IMG/VR virus record: IMGVR_UViG_2061766007_000542
Strand: one strand, 5' to 3'
DNA: 37,088 bases
DNA from: an uncultured virus (IMG/VR IMGVR_UViG_2061766007_000542)
Taxonomy: Duplodnaviria > Heunggongvirae > Uroviricota > Caudoviricetes
Below the pieces are notes generated by a model, which worked only from the letters and a program-made list of their open reading frames with translations, was not told the origin of the DNA and did no database searches. This document shows positions 1-9,517 of the stretch, in pieces. Numbering within the stretch: the first letter of the stretch is position 1; the number at the start of each line of letters is the position of its first letter. Position numbers and translations under genes: made by a program.

Positions 1-1
1 A

Positions 2-109
2 AAGCTGAAAGAGAAATTAGAACAGATAAAATATATCAGATTTGAAGATTCTGAAAAAGAGTATAACAAATGATTATGAGAATTAGACCAACTTATTATG
101 AATAGATAA
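2..109 (+). CDS. C-terminal part of hypothetical protein (5' truncated)
   Basis: Frame 2 is open: KLKEKLEQIKY...LIMNR*. Confidence 0.5.
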
Positions 110-137
110 TAAAACTTTTATATTATAACAAATAACA

Positions 138-527
138 ATGGAGAAACTTATGAAGTTATTAAACGAGTATCAAAAAGAATTAAATGACAAAGAGGAAAAT
201 AAAGGAAATTATGAAATTTTTGAACGAAAGTTAAACGGTGATAGCATTCGTATGAATGATTTATCCGATCCGTATGAATGACTTAATATGTACTGATGAT
301 ATGCAAAAGCACGGTTAATCTCAAAACAATTCTGATTCATCAAACGGCTTGTAGATAATGATAAGATAAACATAAATGAAGGATGGGATCATTATGAAAA
401 GACAAATTTATATTGTAATGCAGATTTCTTCCAACTTCAAAAACACTATTCATATTATGAAAGTTTACTAATGCTACTTGCAATATCAGAAAATCCTATT
501 GAAGATTTAATTAGTTATTTAAAATAA
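138..527 (+). CDS. Hypothetical phage protein (129 aa)
   Basis: MEKLMKLLNEY...SKQFGFIKWLVDNDKI...; open with TGA=Gly, and its stop abuts the next ATG. Confidence 0.75.
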
Positions 528-869
528 ATGGACGACTACAACAGAAACTGCTTGATGCTTAACGACAGCATATATATATTAGTCAATGAATTCGTTCTGA
601 AATACTACGAAGAAGATGCTCATGTTATACGAATTGATTGTGATAACGATTGTTTACATTACAACCTCCAAGTCAATGATGATTATTGGAATATTGATGA
701 GATATACACGGCTTTACGATACAACATACCAAAGGAGATACTGTTTGAGTATAAAGAAGAATCTTTCGCTCATGCACTAAGAAAGGAAACATTTATAAAT
801 CTAAAGAACTTTTACTTAATTAAACAATCAGAATGGAAGAAAAACGAATCCCAACAGATGAAGAATTAG
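528..869 (+). CDS. Hypothetical phage protein (113 aa)
   Basis: Present in the ORF track; starts immediately after the upstream stop codon. Confidence 0.75.
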   Translation: MDDYNRNCLMLNDSIYILVNEFVLKYYEEDAHVIRIDCDNDCLHYNLQVNDDYWNIDEIYTALRYNIPKEILFEYKEESFAHALRKETFINLKNFYLIKQSEWKKNESQQMKN

Positions 870-1009
870 ACCTAATTCAAAGTCATTTATCTGCTGAAGA
901 TTTTCAAACATTCTTGAAAGATTTAGAAGAAAAGAATTGAGTAAAGATTAAAGATACTTTTTCAGACGTTCCTGTAACAGACCCAAGAGGTTATTCTTTA
1001 GATGAATAA
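833..1009 (+). CDS. Small acidic protein (58 aa), paralogue of 2808-2984
   Basis: MEEKWIPTDEELDLIQSHLSAEDFQTFLKDLEEKNG...PVTDPRGYSLDE. Confidence 0.75.
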
Positions 1010-1015
1010 AACAAA

Positions 1016-1291
1016 ATGAAAAAGAAAAGAGTCGAGTATGATGTACACCACTTAGTCAATCGTTGTAATTGATGAAGCAACGATCCCTCTAATCTTATCA
1101 CAATGAAAAGAAATAAACATGAGGCTCGACATATTCTCTTTGAAAATCTTTGATTTAAAGAAGCTCTAATTAAATTGTTTTTAATGGGAGAAAAATGCTT
1201 AAAAGACTGAACGATTAAAAGAGATTTACGGTATTGTTTACAAAATATCGATTATAAACCACAGACATTTAAACTTGAAAAAGAAAAATAA
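1016..1291 (+). CDS. HNH-family endonuclease-like protein (91 aa)
   Basis: DVHHLVNRCNGGSNDPSNLITMKRNKHEAWH motif; the GG is encoded by TGATGA and the W by CGA. Confidence 0.75.
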
Positions 1292-1340
1292 TTTGTTATA
1301 AGAACAATGCCCTATAGATTATAGAGGTAAATGTTTTGAG

Positions 1341-1380
1341 AAAAGAGAGGCTCTCTAAAATTAAAAACCTCTCTTTTTCT
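1341..1380 (+). terminator. Intrinsic terminator-like hairpin
   Basis: AAAAGAGAGG...CCTCTCTTTT stem followed by a T-rich tract. Confidence 0.55.
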
Positions 1381-1433
1381 ATTATCTGATTTTTCTCTCT
1401 TTTATCTTTTTTTATACAAAAAAAAACAAAATT

Positions 1434-1468
1434 CTCTTGATTTTTATAAAAAAATGATTATATTATAG
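1434..1468 (+). promoter_or_regulatory. Sigma70-type early promoter (copy 1 of 3)
   Basis: CTCTTGATTTT-N-TGATTATATTATAG, with the same motif and spacing at 32743-32777 (+) and 22644-22678 (-). Confidence 0.7.
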
Positions 1469-1523
1469 TCGTAATTGAAGTAGAGAGCAATTACAAAACA
1501 TTTATCTCTTAATGTATAGACAG

Positions 1524-1685
1524 ATGACATTTTACGAAAACCGATTAGCTTGTGCTACTATTGAAGAAATTAAAGCAGTAGTAAAGGAGTATTGCAATCT
1601 TTATCCAAAGTTCGATGTTTCTCAACCTACCATTGAAGAATACATCTCTTGGAAAGAATGCCAAAGATTAGATGAGGGATACTAA
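1524..1685 (+). CDS. Small early protein (53 aa)
   Basis: MTFYENWLACATIEEIKAVV...RLDEGY*; first ORF after the promoter, with a short hairpin over its stop. Confidence 0.65.
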   Translation: MTFYENRLACATIEEIKAVVKEYCNLYPKFDVSQPTIEEYISWKECQRLDEGY

Positions 1686-1722
1686 TCCCTCTCCTTACTT
1701 TTATTTTCTTATGTATAGCACA

Positions 1723-1875
1723 ATGCAATATAGTTGGATAGATGATCCAGATAATTCATACGATATCTGGAGAGATGAACAATTAGAAAAAGAATCTGAA
1801 GACCTTTCTTTCGAAGATCGAGAGCAGATTCAACGAGAAGACCATTTTGAAGATGAAGATATGGAAGAGGAGTAA
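1723..1875 (+). CDS. Very acidic small early protein (50 aa)
   Basis: MQYSWIDDPDNSYDIWRDEQLEKESEDLSFEDWEQIQWEDHFEDEDMEEE; shares an ATGTATAG leader with the previous gene. Confidence 0.65.
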   Translation: MQYSWIDDPDNSYDIWRDEQLEKESEDLSFEDREQIQREDHFEDEDMEEE

Positions 1876-1913
1876 TCCTCTTCCTAAATCAGACTTTTAT
1901 TTCTTTTTTAGGA

Positions 1914-2215
1914 ATGTTAGAAATCAAAAAAGCAACGGAATTTGATAAAGACCCGAGAACAGTCAGAAGCAATAAGAAAAAGTATATTGCTTTAAAATAT
2001 ACGGATTCTATCACCAAATATTGNNNNNNNNNNCAAGAGAACAAAGAAACATAGCGAAGAAAAAAGAAACGAATATAGCGAAAGAATGGTATAATTGCAA
2101 AGATAGAATAACACAACAAAGAGAATATTTGAACGGACTAATAAGAAAAGCAGAATACCTTGAGATTCAAAACAAAGCATTGATAGAGTATGTAAAGAAA
2201 TTGAAAAAATGATAG
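1914..2215 (+). CDS. Hypothetical basic/coiled-coil protein spanning the N gap
   Basis: MLEIKKATEFDKDPRTVRSN...[gap]...EYVKKLKKG*; the frame across the gap is uncertain. Confidence 0.45.
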
Positions 2216-2626
2216 CATAGTCGCCAAACACAAAACATAAGACCTGAGCAAGTCTTAAAACTACTTGGATTGCTAGTCAAACTCTGTGTAAGACTTAAGC
2301 TGCGATGCTATGAGTTACCACACTCAAACGACCTGGGCAAGTCGCTATAAACTACCCTAAACCTTGTACCTTCTCCTTTTAAGTGCTTGGAGGAGGTATA
2401 GAAAGAACTTAAGACCTGAGTAAGTCGTTAAACTGCTTGGAGAGTAAAGGGCATAAGGAGGAAACCATTTCCAAAGAAAACTAAAAGTATTCATTCTAAT
2501 GCATGTTAAAAAAATAAACTAAAAACCTTCTAACAAACTCAAAAAAGTAAAAAAGACAGACTCTTTTCATAGTATGATGATCAAAATAAAAGAATAAAAA
2601 CTCTTTACTCTCCTATCCTCCTTATG
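2212..2626 (+). ncRNA. Putative structured ncRNA/cis-RNA with four small pseudoknot repeats and long-range helices
   Basis: ORF-free. GACCTGRGYAAGTC..TAAACTRCYY repeats at 2241, 2330 and 2413, with a variant at 2275. Helices 2212-2224/2302-2311, 2439-2451/2601-2613 and 2452-2462/2616-2626. Confidence 0.6.
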
Positions 2627-2650
2627 ATGTTTATTTCGTAAAATAAAAAG

Positions 2651-2815
2651 ATGTATGATTATCCAGCTGAAAGCCAATGTTGAAGTGAAAATCTTATATA
2701 TAGGCTTTATAAAAAATTTTTGAAAGGAGCAACACAAGAAGAAGCTATTAAGGAAATTCTAAAAGAAGATTCTCAAAACAATACAGATTTACCAACTAAT
2801 GAAGACGATGAATAA
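2651..2815 (+). CDS. Hypothetical protein (54 aa)
   Basis: MYDYPAESQCGSENLIYRLYKKFLKGATQEEAIKEIL... Confidence 0.55.
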
Positions 2816-2984
2816 TCTAAATACACGAAATCCAACGGAGGAAGAACTGAATACACTTCAAGAGCATCTTTCAGAAGAACAATTTGAACAAGTTTTGAAA
2901 GATATGGAGGAACGATTTTGAATCAGAATCTGAAAGATAATAGAAACTCCTGTAAACGATCCTCATTGATACTCTTTAGATTAG
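2808..2984 (+). CDS. Small acidic protein (58 aa), paralogue of 833-1009
   Basis: MNNLNTWNPTEEELNTLQEHLSEEQFEQVLKDMEEWFG...PVNDPHGYSLD. Confidence 0.75.
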
Positions 2985-2997
2985 TAAATCAAAAAAG

Positions 2998-3213
2998 ATG
3001 CGGATGTATTTAGTGCAAAACTTCAAGTATCTTTCTTCAATACAAGTTCTTCAATATTACGAGAGATGTTTGTGTATGAAAATACAGTGAAGACCGAGAG
3101 CAAAAGTAAAATCAGCTTATCACTGTTTGATACACGGAGAGATGGAACAAGCAGAACATTTTCGGAAACAGTTTGAAGAATCAATGAAAGAGAAATACTG
3201 AATAAAAATTTAA
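2998..3213 (+). CDS. Hypothetical protein (71 aa)
   Basis: Open only with TGA=Gly; fills the intergenic gap. Confidence 0.55.
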
Positions 3214-3226
3214 CAAACAAAACAAT

Positions 3227-3502
3227 ATGAAACCATATATCATCCCTGAATGAACATTCAGACATCATCATTGAGAATTCTCAAAGGGGAGTAATAAATA
3301 CCGTTATCAAATAGAAACAAACGAACACGGAGAACATAGTATAAGTCTATTCAGACAAAGAGAACAAAAGCGAGATTTTATCTGAAACATCCAATACAAC
3401 TATAACAACAGGGAGAAACGGAGAGTATTCCAACAAAGGATCAATGGAGATGTTGTAACTGTAAAAGAAAATAAAAACAATTTATCCATTATTATATTAT
3501 AA
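3227..3502 (+). CDS. Hypothetical protein (91 aa)
   Basis: Open with TGA=Gly; TAATG overlap with the next gene. Confidence 0.55.
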
Positions 3503-4020
3503 TGAGAACAACAAAGACAAAAAAGAAAAAAAGAACAACCAGTAAAAGTACAAGGCAAAAAATAATAGATCAATTTGATGTAATCTTCTCAAGATACATC
3601 AGGATGAGGGACAGTGATGATAAAGGAATAGTTACATGTCCACTTTGCTGAAAAAAACTCCCACGAAAAAAAGCACAGAATATGCACTTCATAAAAAGAG
3701 GAGTACTCAAATACAGATTTGATGAAGATAACTGCCACGCAGGATGTAAAAGATGTAATGTAATGCTTGATTGAAACTACATCGAATACACAAGGCGAAT
3801 GCAAAGAAAATACGGAATAAAAAAAGTAGATGAGATGATATACGATAAACAACCGTACGACATCTCAACTCCTGAACTTGAAGACATGATGTGCAGATAC
3901 AGGGGGAAATTAGATAACTATGCTTATAAATTTATTCTTAACATAAATGATAATGGCAAGACCAAAAGAAAAAGTAACAGTGATGACAAAGGTATGAAAA
4001 AGAACATACAAGATAGATAA
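3502..4020 (+). CDS. ninG: NinG/Rap-family recombination endonuclease
   Basis: FSRYIRMRD..CPLCG..MHFIKRG..RFDEDNCHAGCKRCN motif. Confidence 0.85.
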
Positions 4021-4408
4021 AACAGGGAAGAAAAAGACAGGAAGACCAACGGTATTTACTCCTGAAGTTGTGGCAAAACTTGAAGAACTTTTCTCTCGAA
4101 ATTGCTCTGTCACTACTGCTTGTAAATCGGCAGGTATATGACCGAACGCTTATTATGATGAATGTAAGAGAAATCCACAGTTTAAGGAGAAAATGGAGAG
4201 AGCGATGTCTTCAGTGGATTCAATAGCAGACCGTAACATAGCAAAAGCAATCAAAAATGGAGACCTTAATACTTCAAGATGGTACAAAGAAAAAACAGAT
4301 GAGAGATACAAAACAAAACCAACTCAAATCAACATGCAACAGGAAACAGACCAAAACAACGGTACTACTGCACAGTGACTTCAAATTGAATTTACATTAC
4401 AAGAGTAA
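3953..4408 (+). CDS. terS: Terminase small subunit (151 aa)
   Basis: GRPTVFTPEVVAKLEE..ACKSAGI..YY HTH-like N-terminus; lies upstream of terL. Confidence 0.75.
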
Positions 4409-4412
4409 ACCA

Positions 4413-4661
4413 ATGGTAAACCTCGCATCCATTAAAGAAGTGGAGAATCACAGAAACAAAATCTGTATAGAAAAAATCTGTGAATTTTTGAGGCAACAGG
4501 AAGACCAAGAAAGGAGCATAAAAGACATCTCTCTCTATGAGTACCAAACACGAGTATCATCACAAATAAAAACATTAAACGAGAGTGTGGAGTACGAGAG
4601 ATACAGGAGAAAATACAGAGAGATAAAAAAAAGTGCCAATTTATCCAAAAAAGATGTATAA
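4413..4661 (+). CDS. Hypothetical protein (82 aa)
   Basis: MVNLASIKEVENHRNKICIEKICEFL...; lies between terS and terL. Confidence 0.6.
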   Translation: MVNLASIKEVENHRNKICIEKICEFLRQQEDQERSIKDISLYEYQTRVSSQIKTLNESVEYERYRRKYREIKKSANLSKKDV

Positions 4662-4662
4662 C
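4642..4662 (+). promoter_or_regulatory. Putative late promoter motif TATCCAAAAAAG..TATA (copy before terL)
   Basis: Matches the copies at 8896-8916 and 22785-22803. Confidence 0.4.
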
Positions 4663-6012
4663 ATGCAAGAAGTAAAACAGATCAGGCTTTCTGAATTACA
4701 AATGAAAGCACTGAAAGTCCTCCTTGATGGAGAGCATACTTCGGTAGGCTTTGGATGAGGAGCAGGATGAGGGAAAACATACCTCTGAACGATCCGATTA
4801 TGGCTTATGTGTGTGAAATATCCGTGAGTGAGATATGCAATGGTCAGAGATACGATCAAGAACGTAAAAGCAACAACGGTAAAATCAATGATGAAATTCT
4901 TTTCTGATTACAACATCAGTGAAGAATACAGAGGAATACTTAATCCAACTAACTCATTGATAAAATTCAAGAACGGCTCAGAGATTGTCTTAGTGGAGTG
5001 ATGCTACTATCCATCCGATCCATTATACAACAGATTCTGATCGCTTGAATTGACAGGAGCATTCATAGAGGAATCTGCTGAATGTCCGATTGAATGAATC
5101 GAGATCATCCAAACGAGAGTAGGAAGACAAAAGAACGAGGAATACAACATCCTCTGAAAAGTCCTTGAAACATTTAATCCGAATCCGTGACACGTATACG
5201 AGAGATACTTTCTCTGAAAACATAAAGACCAAGACAAGTCCATATTCATCAAAGCATTAGTAAACGATAACCCTTTCATTTGAGAGCAGTACATCGCAAA
5301 CCTCGAAAGAGCAAATGAACAAACAAAGAAAAGACTTCTCTACTGAGAGTGGGACTTCTCAGATAATGTACGAGCATTATTCAAAGTAAGTGAAATCCAC
5401 GATCTGAAAACCAACCAAAGAGAGTGAGATAAATACTGTTTGATCTGCGATGTGGCAAGATACTGAAAGGACACGGCGAGAATATCCGTACGAAAAGGGA
5501 ACACTTGGATCAGAGTAGAAACCTACGCCAAGAGCTCAACTGAAGATCTGAAAGAGGCGATAACCTACCTCGTAAGACAATACGGAATAGATCGGTCGGA
5601 TGTCGTGATAGATGCTGATGGAGTAGGATGATGAGTAGTCGATGGACTTCCATACTGCAGAGCATTCATCAATAATTCAAAACCAGTGTCAATCGCATCA
5701 AAGCAAAACTACCACAACCTCAAATCACAATGTGCATTCTATCTCCAAGAGAAAGTACAAAAAAAGGAAATCGCTATAAGATGGGAGCACTTGGATAGAG
5801 AAAAGGATCGAGAAACATTGGAGCAAGAAATGATGAATCTCTACATTGATCCGAAGTCTATCGATAGCAAAACAAGGATAGAATCAAAGGATATGATGAA
5901 AGAGAGAATCGGAAGAAGTCCTGACCTCCTCGATACTTTAATCATGAGGATGTATCTCTATCTCTTAGGGGAAGAAGATACAAAACAAAGCATTTATTCT
6001 CAAGAAAGGTAA
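4663..6012 (+). CDS. terL: Terminase large subunit (449 aa)
   Basis: Walker A GFGGGAGGGKT, Walker B GAFIEES, FNPNPG, and nuclease motifs CDVARYGKD, DADGVGGG and GRSPDLLD. Confidence 0.95.
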
Positions 6013-6014
6013 AA

Positions 6015-7865
6015 ATGATAAAACTTACTGATGAATTAAGACAGAAAATCCTAAGGGAGTATGAGCATTGATACAATGCCAACAGGAGTAAAAACTCTCA
6101 ATTTGATACACAGAAAGACCTACGATCTGCAAAAACAAATGAGGAGAAGTTAAAGAGTCAGATTTTTTGGTCTGTTATGAGAACGATCCAAGCAACCTGC
6201 ATCATCAATGAGCCTGACACGGTACGAGAAGATGAAGATGTACTCTTTCAGCAAGAGGCAAGAAACTTCTCAGACATGTATAAATCAGACTACACGAAAA
6301 ACAACCGAGATTTTGATAAATACATCGGACTCGAGGACATCTGCAAGTACTGAAAATTCGTTCAATTATTTACAGGATTTGATGAAGATAATCTCTGTCC
6401 AACGGTAGAAAGAATTGATCCAAGATTCGTGTATCCTTACAACGATGGAACAAAACTCGTGAAAGATTATCCCTTCTTTTGATTTGATAGAATCATCACG
6501 ATAGACCAACTCAAAGAACTCGATGTGAAAAACAAATTCAAAGACCGAGTATGCTGTCATTACGATGAGTTCATCGACTCACAGAAAACAACGGACAGTT
6601 TCCATAGGAACATCAACACCTTCTATGATAAAGTTTCATGAATGGTAACAATCCACTACCACTACACGTACATCAAGGGAGAACTCTATCTCGTGTTAAT
6701 GTTAGGAGAATACATCCTCGACATTTACGATGTACCTGAAACTAAATGGAGATGAAAAAACAGGATGCCGATAGCAGTAACAGGATTCGCTTATGAGGGA
6801 TCAGACCGATGGGGAGTCTCACTCGTAGATATTATCGAGGACTCACACAGAACAGAGGAACTAATGCTCAACTTATTTAAAATCAAAGCAACTCGTGAGG
6901 CAACAGGAGGAAACATCTTCATTGATGAGGAGGCATTCCTAAAAAACAAGGAGAGTTTTAAAAACCAAAGTCTCAAGAACAGATGGTATCCAATCAAGAT
7001 GAGAGATATGACAAAATCCATCAATTCAATGGTATATGAACTCCCACAACAAGCAGTAGCAGGGGACATCTACAACATGCTCAATATGATAAAAAACAAA
7101 GCAATGGCTGAATCTTTCGCAAGTGCAGTAGGACAAGGACTCGGACTTTCTGAAAACTCCAATCCAAATACAGCAACTCAAAGTAAGATACAGAAAATCA
7201 ATGCTAACATGATGACAACCCTTCAGAATCAAATCCTTTCTTATTGATCCGAAGACTTCGCCGTACTCTACAGAATGTACATGCTGTACTATTGGAGAAA
7301 TAGCAAGAAGAAAGTAATCAGAAGAGTACTCGGAGGACTTAGTGGGACATACAAGAAACTCAGTAAAAAAGACATTGCTGGAGAATTCAATATCATTATT
7401 GAAGACCCAATCCAAAGGTCAATCAAAATGGAGGACAAAAAGAAAGCACTAACGGAACAATACAATATGTTAGTAAACGATCCGAACACTCCACCATTTA
7501 TCCTCAATAATATCAGAAAATCAATCTGTTATTATAACGGACTCGATGAAAACGAGATCGATGCAGTAAATCTCTTTGATCCTGAGGAATACCAATGTAA
7601 GCAGGATGTGATCCTATTGAATAACAATATTCCAATCTACATCCCACCTACTGCAAATCCTCACATGAGACTACGATACTATAACAAAGCAGAGGAAACA
7701 GAGGCAAAATTCCAAGCGATAGAATCACTCAAATACATGATCCAACAGTGAATGGGAAATAATCCACAGAATATGGCTGAACAACCAAAAGTAGAACAAC
7801 CACTAACAGAAAAAGAACAGGAGCAAGAACTCATCACTAACGGATTACAATCAATCACTCAATAA
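6015..7865 (+). CDS. Portal protein (616 aa)
   Basis: Follows terL; size fits; WGVSLVDIIED and NTATQSKI segments resemble P22/N4-like portals. Confidence 0.8.
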
Positions 7866-7890
7866 AGTTTTTATTATCTAAACATATAAA

Positions 7891-8220
7891 ATGGCTGAAG
7901 AAAAAAAAGTCACTAAAACGGAGAAAAAAGAAACTCCAAAAAAGGAAGTAGCAAAACTACCACCTGAAGAAAAGAAAACATCCGAAATCGGAACAATCGG
8001 AGAAAAAAAAGTGTTCCAAAAAAGTTCATTTATTAAATTTAAAGTGAAAAAGAGCCCGATCTCCCTTCAGGAAGTACCACAAGAGATCAGACAATACTTA
8101 ATCAATAAAGGATTAGGGACAAATGTCTATGAAAGACCAAAGGAACGGTTAGAAAAACATCACATAGACATGGAAATCATCGAGAAACTAAAGAAATTTA
8201 TCTCTTGAAATTATCAATAA
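7891..8220 (+). CDS. Hypothetical protein (109 aa)
   Basis: Track ORF extended through TGA to TAA. Confidence 0.7.
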
Positions 8221-8555
8221 TGCGAAAAGTTATGCAGGAGTTAGAAGATATGATGAAAGATCCAAAGATTGAAGAAGAAATCTCTGACAAGGCAGTAAGG
8301 AGAGCCAACCAAGAAAGGAAAATAAGAGATTGCTTCACTCAACAAATCTACAACTACTGCAGGATTAACAAAATAAGCATAGGAGAAATGGGAGTCGAAG
8401 AAGTAGAACAACTGACAGACAACCTTTCTCCTACCAATAAGCAGTTATTCCTCGAACAATTTGAACTCGCACTCAGGACTCAACGATGAAAGAGTCTGAA
8501 ACGGATTGAGGAACACGGTAAATCTTTATTTTTAAAACAAAGACAACAATGGTAG
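8220..8555 (+). CDS. Hypothetical protein (111 aa)
   Basis: TAATG coupling; MWKVMQELEDMMKD... Confidence 0.7.
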
Positions 8556-8890
8556 CAGAAAACAAAGAACAAGAAAACATGATGGAGGATGAAGAAATCC
8601 TCACACCTGAAAACAAAAAGATCCTTAAAAAACTTATGAAAACAGAATGATGGGGAATCATCAAAAAGATTATTCAGGAACTCGTAGACAAAGGAGAAGA
8701 AGAAATCCTAAAACAAGCAAAGGCGTACAGTGCTGTAAAATCACACGGATACACTATCTTTGATATTCAAGGAGCGTGGCTCGATGGAATCAATAAAATC
8801 GTTGAGATTTTAGAGGCAATCGAACGTGAAGATGAAGTAAAAAAAGCAGTAGAGGAAGTAAACCAAGCAGAAGAAAATCAAATAAAATAA
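8549..8890 (+). CDS. Hypothetical head-associated protein (113 aa)
   Basis: LKKLMKTEGWGIIKKII motif, typical of small genes between portal and scaffold. Confidence 0.7.
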
Positions 8891-8991
8891 CAAAATATCC
8901 AAAAAAGGATTATAACACAATGACCTAAGATGTGGATGTCGTAAAAAGCGATCATTTAAAGACCAGTTCAAGTCTTCATAAAAAAGGAATT
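8891..8991 (+). promoter_or_regulatory. Putative late promoter plus two pseudoknot-like repeats in the scaffold/capsid leader
   Basis: CAAAATATCCAAAAAAGGATTATA; TGAC..GTCG (8921-8941); AAGAC-CAGTTCAA-GTCTT-CATAAAAAA-GGAATT (8959-8991). Confidence 0.5.
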
Positions 8992-9036
8992 TCGTATTTG
9001 TAGATTATACGGATTTTAATCTATTAATTATCAACA

Positions 9037-9483
9037 ATGGCTGATATGGAAAATGATTACACAGAGGAAAAAGGACTCAGTGATTATGCAAAGCAAAGAG
9101 CAAAGCATAAAGAAGAGATCGATAACCTCACGGCTCAACTTAATGCTGAGAAAATGGGAAGAATTCAAGACAAGAAACTCTACTTCTGAAAGACATTAGA
9201 GTCTCAAGGATACGCAGGAGATTTTACAGAATTCGCTGACAAGTATGCTGAAACTTTATCACTTGATGAGATGGTTTCATTGTTCCGTTGAATGAACGGA
9301 GTAGCACAAACAGAAAACAAACCTGAATCAACAGGAGAAACTACTACGAATCAAACAACACTCTGACCTAAAAGTGTGATCGGCACAAATCCTACTAACT
9401 GAACAGGAGCAAAATCACTCGATGAAATGACACTTGAAGAATTACAACAATTCTGAAAAGCAAATATGCACATGTTCAAGTAG
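9037..9483 (+). CDS. Capsid scaffolding protein (148 aa)
   Basis: Acidic/helical protein directly upstream of the capsid gene; C-terminal KSLDEMTLEEL. Confidence 0.65.
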
Positions 9484-9517
9484 GTAAAATATTTATCTTT
9501 TTTATCGCTAAAGAAAC

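Noticed and set aside
2024..2033. Frameshift in the 1914-2215 gene
   Set aside because: It coincides with the 10-N scaffold gap of unknown true length.
2238..2438. CRISPR mini-array (repeats about 85-90 nt apart)
   Set aside because: The repeats are degenerate with covarying pairs, the spacers are long and themselves structured, further copies are dispersed elsewhere, and there are no cas genes.
4663..6012. TGA=Trp (code 4) or selenocysteine
   Set aside because: Walker A, HELGH and the repeat alignments require Gly. Trp is supplied by TGG/CGA/CGG.
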